From positions 15,810,001-15,874,000 of the forward strand of contig JBHGNT010000020.1 of NCBI GenBank assembly GCA_043228905.1: a DNA stretch of 64,000 bases, written 5' to 3'. Every line of letters starts with the position of its first letter. Positions within the stretch are counted from its first letter, which is position 1. The DNA is from Azolla caroliniana (lineage: Eukaryota; Plantae; Polypodiophyta). Shown piece after piece: positions 61,301-64,000 of this stretch. A model generated the notes under the pieces. That model was not told the DNA's origin and made no database searches. It saw only the letters and a list, made by a program, of their open reading frames with translations. The position numbers and the translations under genes are program-made.

Positions 61301-64000
61301 CATGTCATAGCTAGGGTTGTGAGCTTTGATTCGCATGTTTGAACAGAAAAAACCGATATCACACGAGCCAGGTATGACCATTTTAATTTACTAACGGGCT
61401 CTTGTCAACTCCCTCCTCAAATTTGCTAATTTCTTCATGTCTCTCGACCTGAGTTTCCAAATCTTGATTTTTAAATTCAATAAGATAGCTAGCCTTGTTA
61501 GCTTCGATTTGCATGTTTGATCACAAAAATCCATTATCAAACGAGCCAGGTATGAACATTTTAATTTTGTCACGGGCTCTTCTCAACTCCCTCCTCAAAT
61601 TTGCTAATTTCTTCATCTCTCTCGACCTGATTTCCATAAGATAGCTAGCGTTGTTAGCTTCGATTCGCATCGTTGAACACAAAAATCCGATATGACACGA
61701 GCCAGGTATGACCATTTTAATTTACTCACGGGCTCTTGTCAACTCCCTCCTCAAATTTGCTAATTTCTTCATGTCTCTCGACCTGAGTTTCCAAATCTTG
61801 ATTTTTAAATTCAATAAGATAGCTAGCTTTGTTAGCTTCGATTTGCATGTTTGATCACAAAAATCCATTATCACACGAGCCAGGTATGAACATTTTAATT
61901 TACTCACGGGCTCTTCTCAACTCCCTCCTCAAATTTGCTAATTTCTTCATGTCTCTTGACCTGAGTTTCAAAATCTTGATTTTTTAATTCCATGTCATAG
62001 CTAGGGTTGTGAGCTTCGATTCGCATGTTTGAACACAAAAATCCGATATCACATGAGCCAGGTATGACCATTTTAATTTACTCACGGGCTCTTGTCAACT
62101 CCCTCCTCAAATTTGCTAATTTCTTCATGTCTCTTGACCTGAGTTTCAAAATCTTGATTTTTTAATTCCATGTCATAGCTAGGGTTGTGAGCTTCCATTC
62201 ACATCTTTGAACTCAAAAATCCGATATCACACGAGCCAGGTATGACCACTTTAATTTACTCACGGGCTCTTCTCAATTCCCTTCTCAAATTTGCTAATTT
62301 CTTCATGTCTCTCGACCTGAGTTTCAAAATCTTGATTTTTTAATTCCATGTCATAGCTAGGGTTGTGAGCTTCGATTCGCATCTTTGAACACAAAAATCT
62401 GATATCACACGAGCCAGGTATGACCATTTTAATTTACTCACAGGCTCTTCTCAAGTCCCTCCTCAAATTGGCTAATTCCTTCATGTCTGTCGACCTGAGT
62501 TTCAAAATCTTGATTTTTTAATTCCATAAGATAGCTAGGGTTGAGACCTTAGATTTGCATGTTTGATCACAAAAATCCATTATCACATGAGCCAGGTATG
62601 AATATTTTAAATTACTCACGGGCTCTTTTCAACTCCCTCCTCAAATTTGCTAATTTCTTCATGTCTCTTGACCTGAGTTTCAAAATCTTGATTTTTTAAT
62701 TCCATGTCATAGCTAGGGTTGTGAGCTTCGATTCGCATGTTTGAACAGAAAAAACCGATATCACACGAGCCAGGTATGACCATTTTAATTTACTAACGGG
62801 CTCTTGTCAACTCCCTCCTCAAATTTGCTAATTTCTTCATGTCTCTCGACCTGAGTTTCCAAATCTTGATTTTTAAATTCAATAAGATAGCTAGCCTTGT
62901 TAGCTTCGATTTGCATGTTTGATCACAAAAATCCATTATCAAACGAGCCAGGTATGAACATTTTAATTTTGTCACGGGCTCTTCTCAACTCCCTCCTCAA
63001 ATTTGCTAATTTCTTCATCTCTCTCGACCTGATTTCCATAAGATAGCTAGCGTTGTTAGCTTCGATTCGCATCGTTGAACACAAAAATCCGATATCACAC
63101 GAGCCAGGTATGACCATTTTAATTTACTCACGGGCTCTTGTCAACTCCCTCCTCAAATTTGCTAATTTCTTCATGTCTCTCGACCTGAGTTTCCAAATCT
63201 TGATTTTTAAATTCAATAAGATAGCTAGCTTTGTTAGCTTCGATTTGCATGTTTGATCACAAAAATCCATTATCACACGAGCCAGGTATGAACATTTTAA
63301 TTTACTCACGGGCTCTTCTCAACTCCCTCCTCAAATTTGCTAATTTCTTCATGTTTCTCGACCTGAGTTTCAAAATCTTGATTTTTTAATTCCATGTCAT
63401 AGCTAGGGTTGTGAGCTTCGATTCGCATGTTTGAACACAAAAATCCGATATCACACGAGCCAGGTATGACCATTTTAATTTACTCACGGGCTCTTGTCAA
63501 CTCCCTCCTCAAATTTGCTAATTCCTTCATGTCTCTCGACCTGAGTTTCAAAATCTTGATTTTTAAATTCAATAAGATAGCTAGCTTTGTTAGCTTCGAT
63601 TTGCATCTTTGAACACAAAAATCCGATATCACACGAGCGAGGTATAACCATTTTAATTTACTCATGGGTTCTTCTCAAGTCCCTCCTCAAATTTGCTAAT
63701 TCCTTCATGTCTCTTGACCTAAGTTTGAAAATCTTGATTTTTTAATTCCATGTCATAGCTAGGGTTGTGAGCTTCCATTCGCATCTTTGAACACAAAAAT
63801 CCGATATCACACGAGCCAGGTATGACCATTTTAATTTACTCACGGGCTCTTGTCAACTCCCTCCTCAAATTTGCTAATTTCTTCATGTCTCTCGACCTGA
63901 GTTTCAAAATCTTGATTTTTTAATTCTATATCATAGCTAGCATTGTTAGCTTCGATATGCATGTTTGAACACAGAAATCCGATATCAGACGAGCCAGGTA
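58383..64000 (+). repeat. 178-bp satellite resumes, about 31.5 monomers
   Basis: Continues in register from the interrupted monomer (CAAGTCCC|TCCTCAAATTTG). Confidence 0.98.
60540..63345 (+). repeat. 8-mer tandem duplication (1402 bp) including a 156-bp deleted monomer
   Basis: GAGACCTTAG at 61141 and 62543; CCTGATTTCCATAAG deletion junction at about 61630 and 63032; 8x178-22=1402. Confidence 0.88.

Noticed and set aside
5779-63665. Dozens of 60-70 aa ORFs (MLASIRIFEHKNP..., MSKLKWSYLARV...) outside 51934-58382
   Set aside because: They are chance translations of satellite monomers in which a variant removes a stop codon; they occur on both strands with 178-bp periodicity and have no recognisable domain.

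Overview
Eukaryotic, probably centromeric or pericentromeric DNA. About 90% of the window is an AT-rich tandem satellite with a 178-bp monomer. It does not resemble Arabidopsis CEN178 as I recall that sequence. The array switches orientation at a near-palindromic junction at about 1178 and is organised into higher-order-repeat (HOR) domains with periods from 3 to 27 monomers. One young Ty3/gypsy chromovirus LTR retrotransposon interrupts it (51934-58382, minus strand, 439-bp LTRs with 2 differences, 5-bp TSD GTCCC). Its pol is intact (PR-RT-RH-IN-chromodomain). Its gag is split by a 766-bp TG...CA solo-LTR-like insert with a 4-bp TSD. The most interesting signals are non-coding: a Tf1-type self-priming site instead of a tRNA PBS, embedded in a palindrome; a -1 frameshift heptamer with a probable pseudoknot; a heat-shock-element array next to the TATA box; and tRNA-spaced Pol III A/B boxes in both the host LTR and the nested insert. 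All short ORFs in the satellite are artefacts. Alignments and counts were done by eye.
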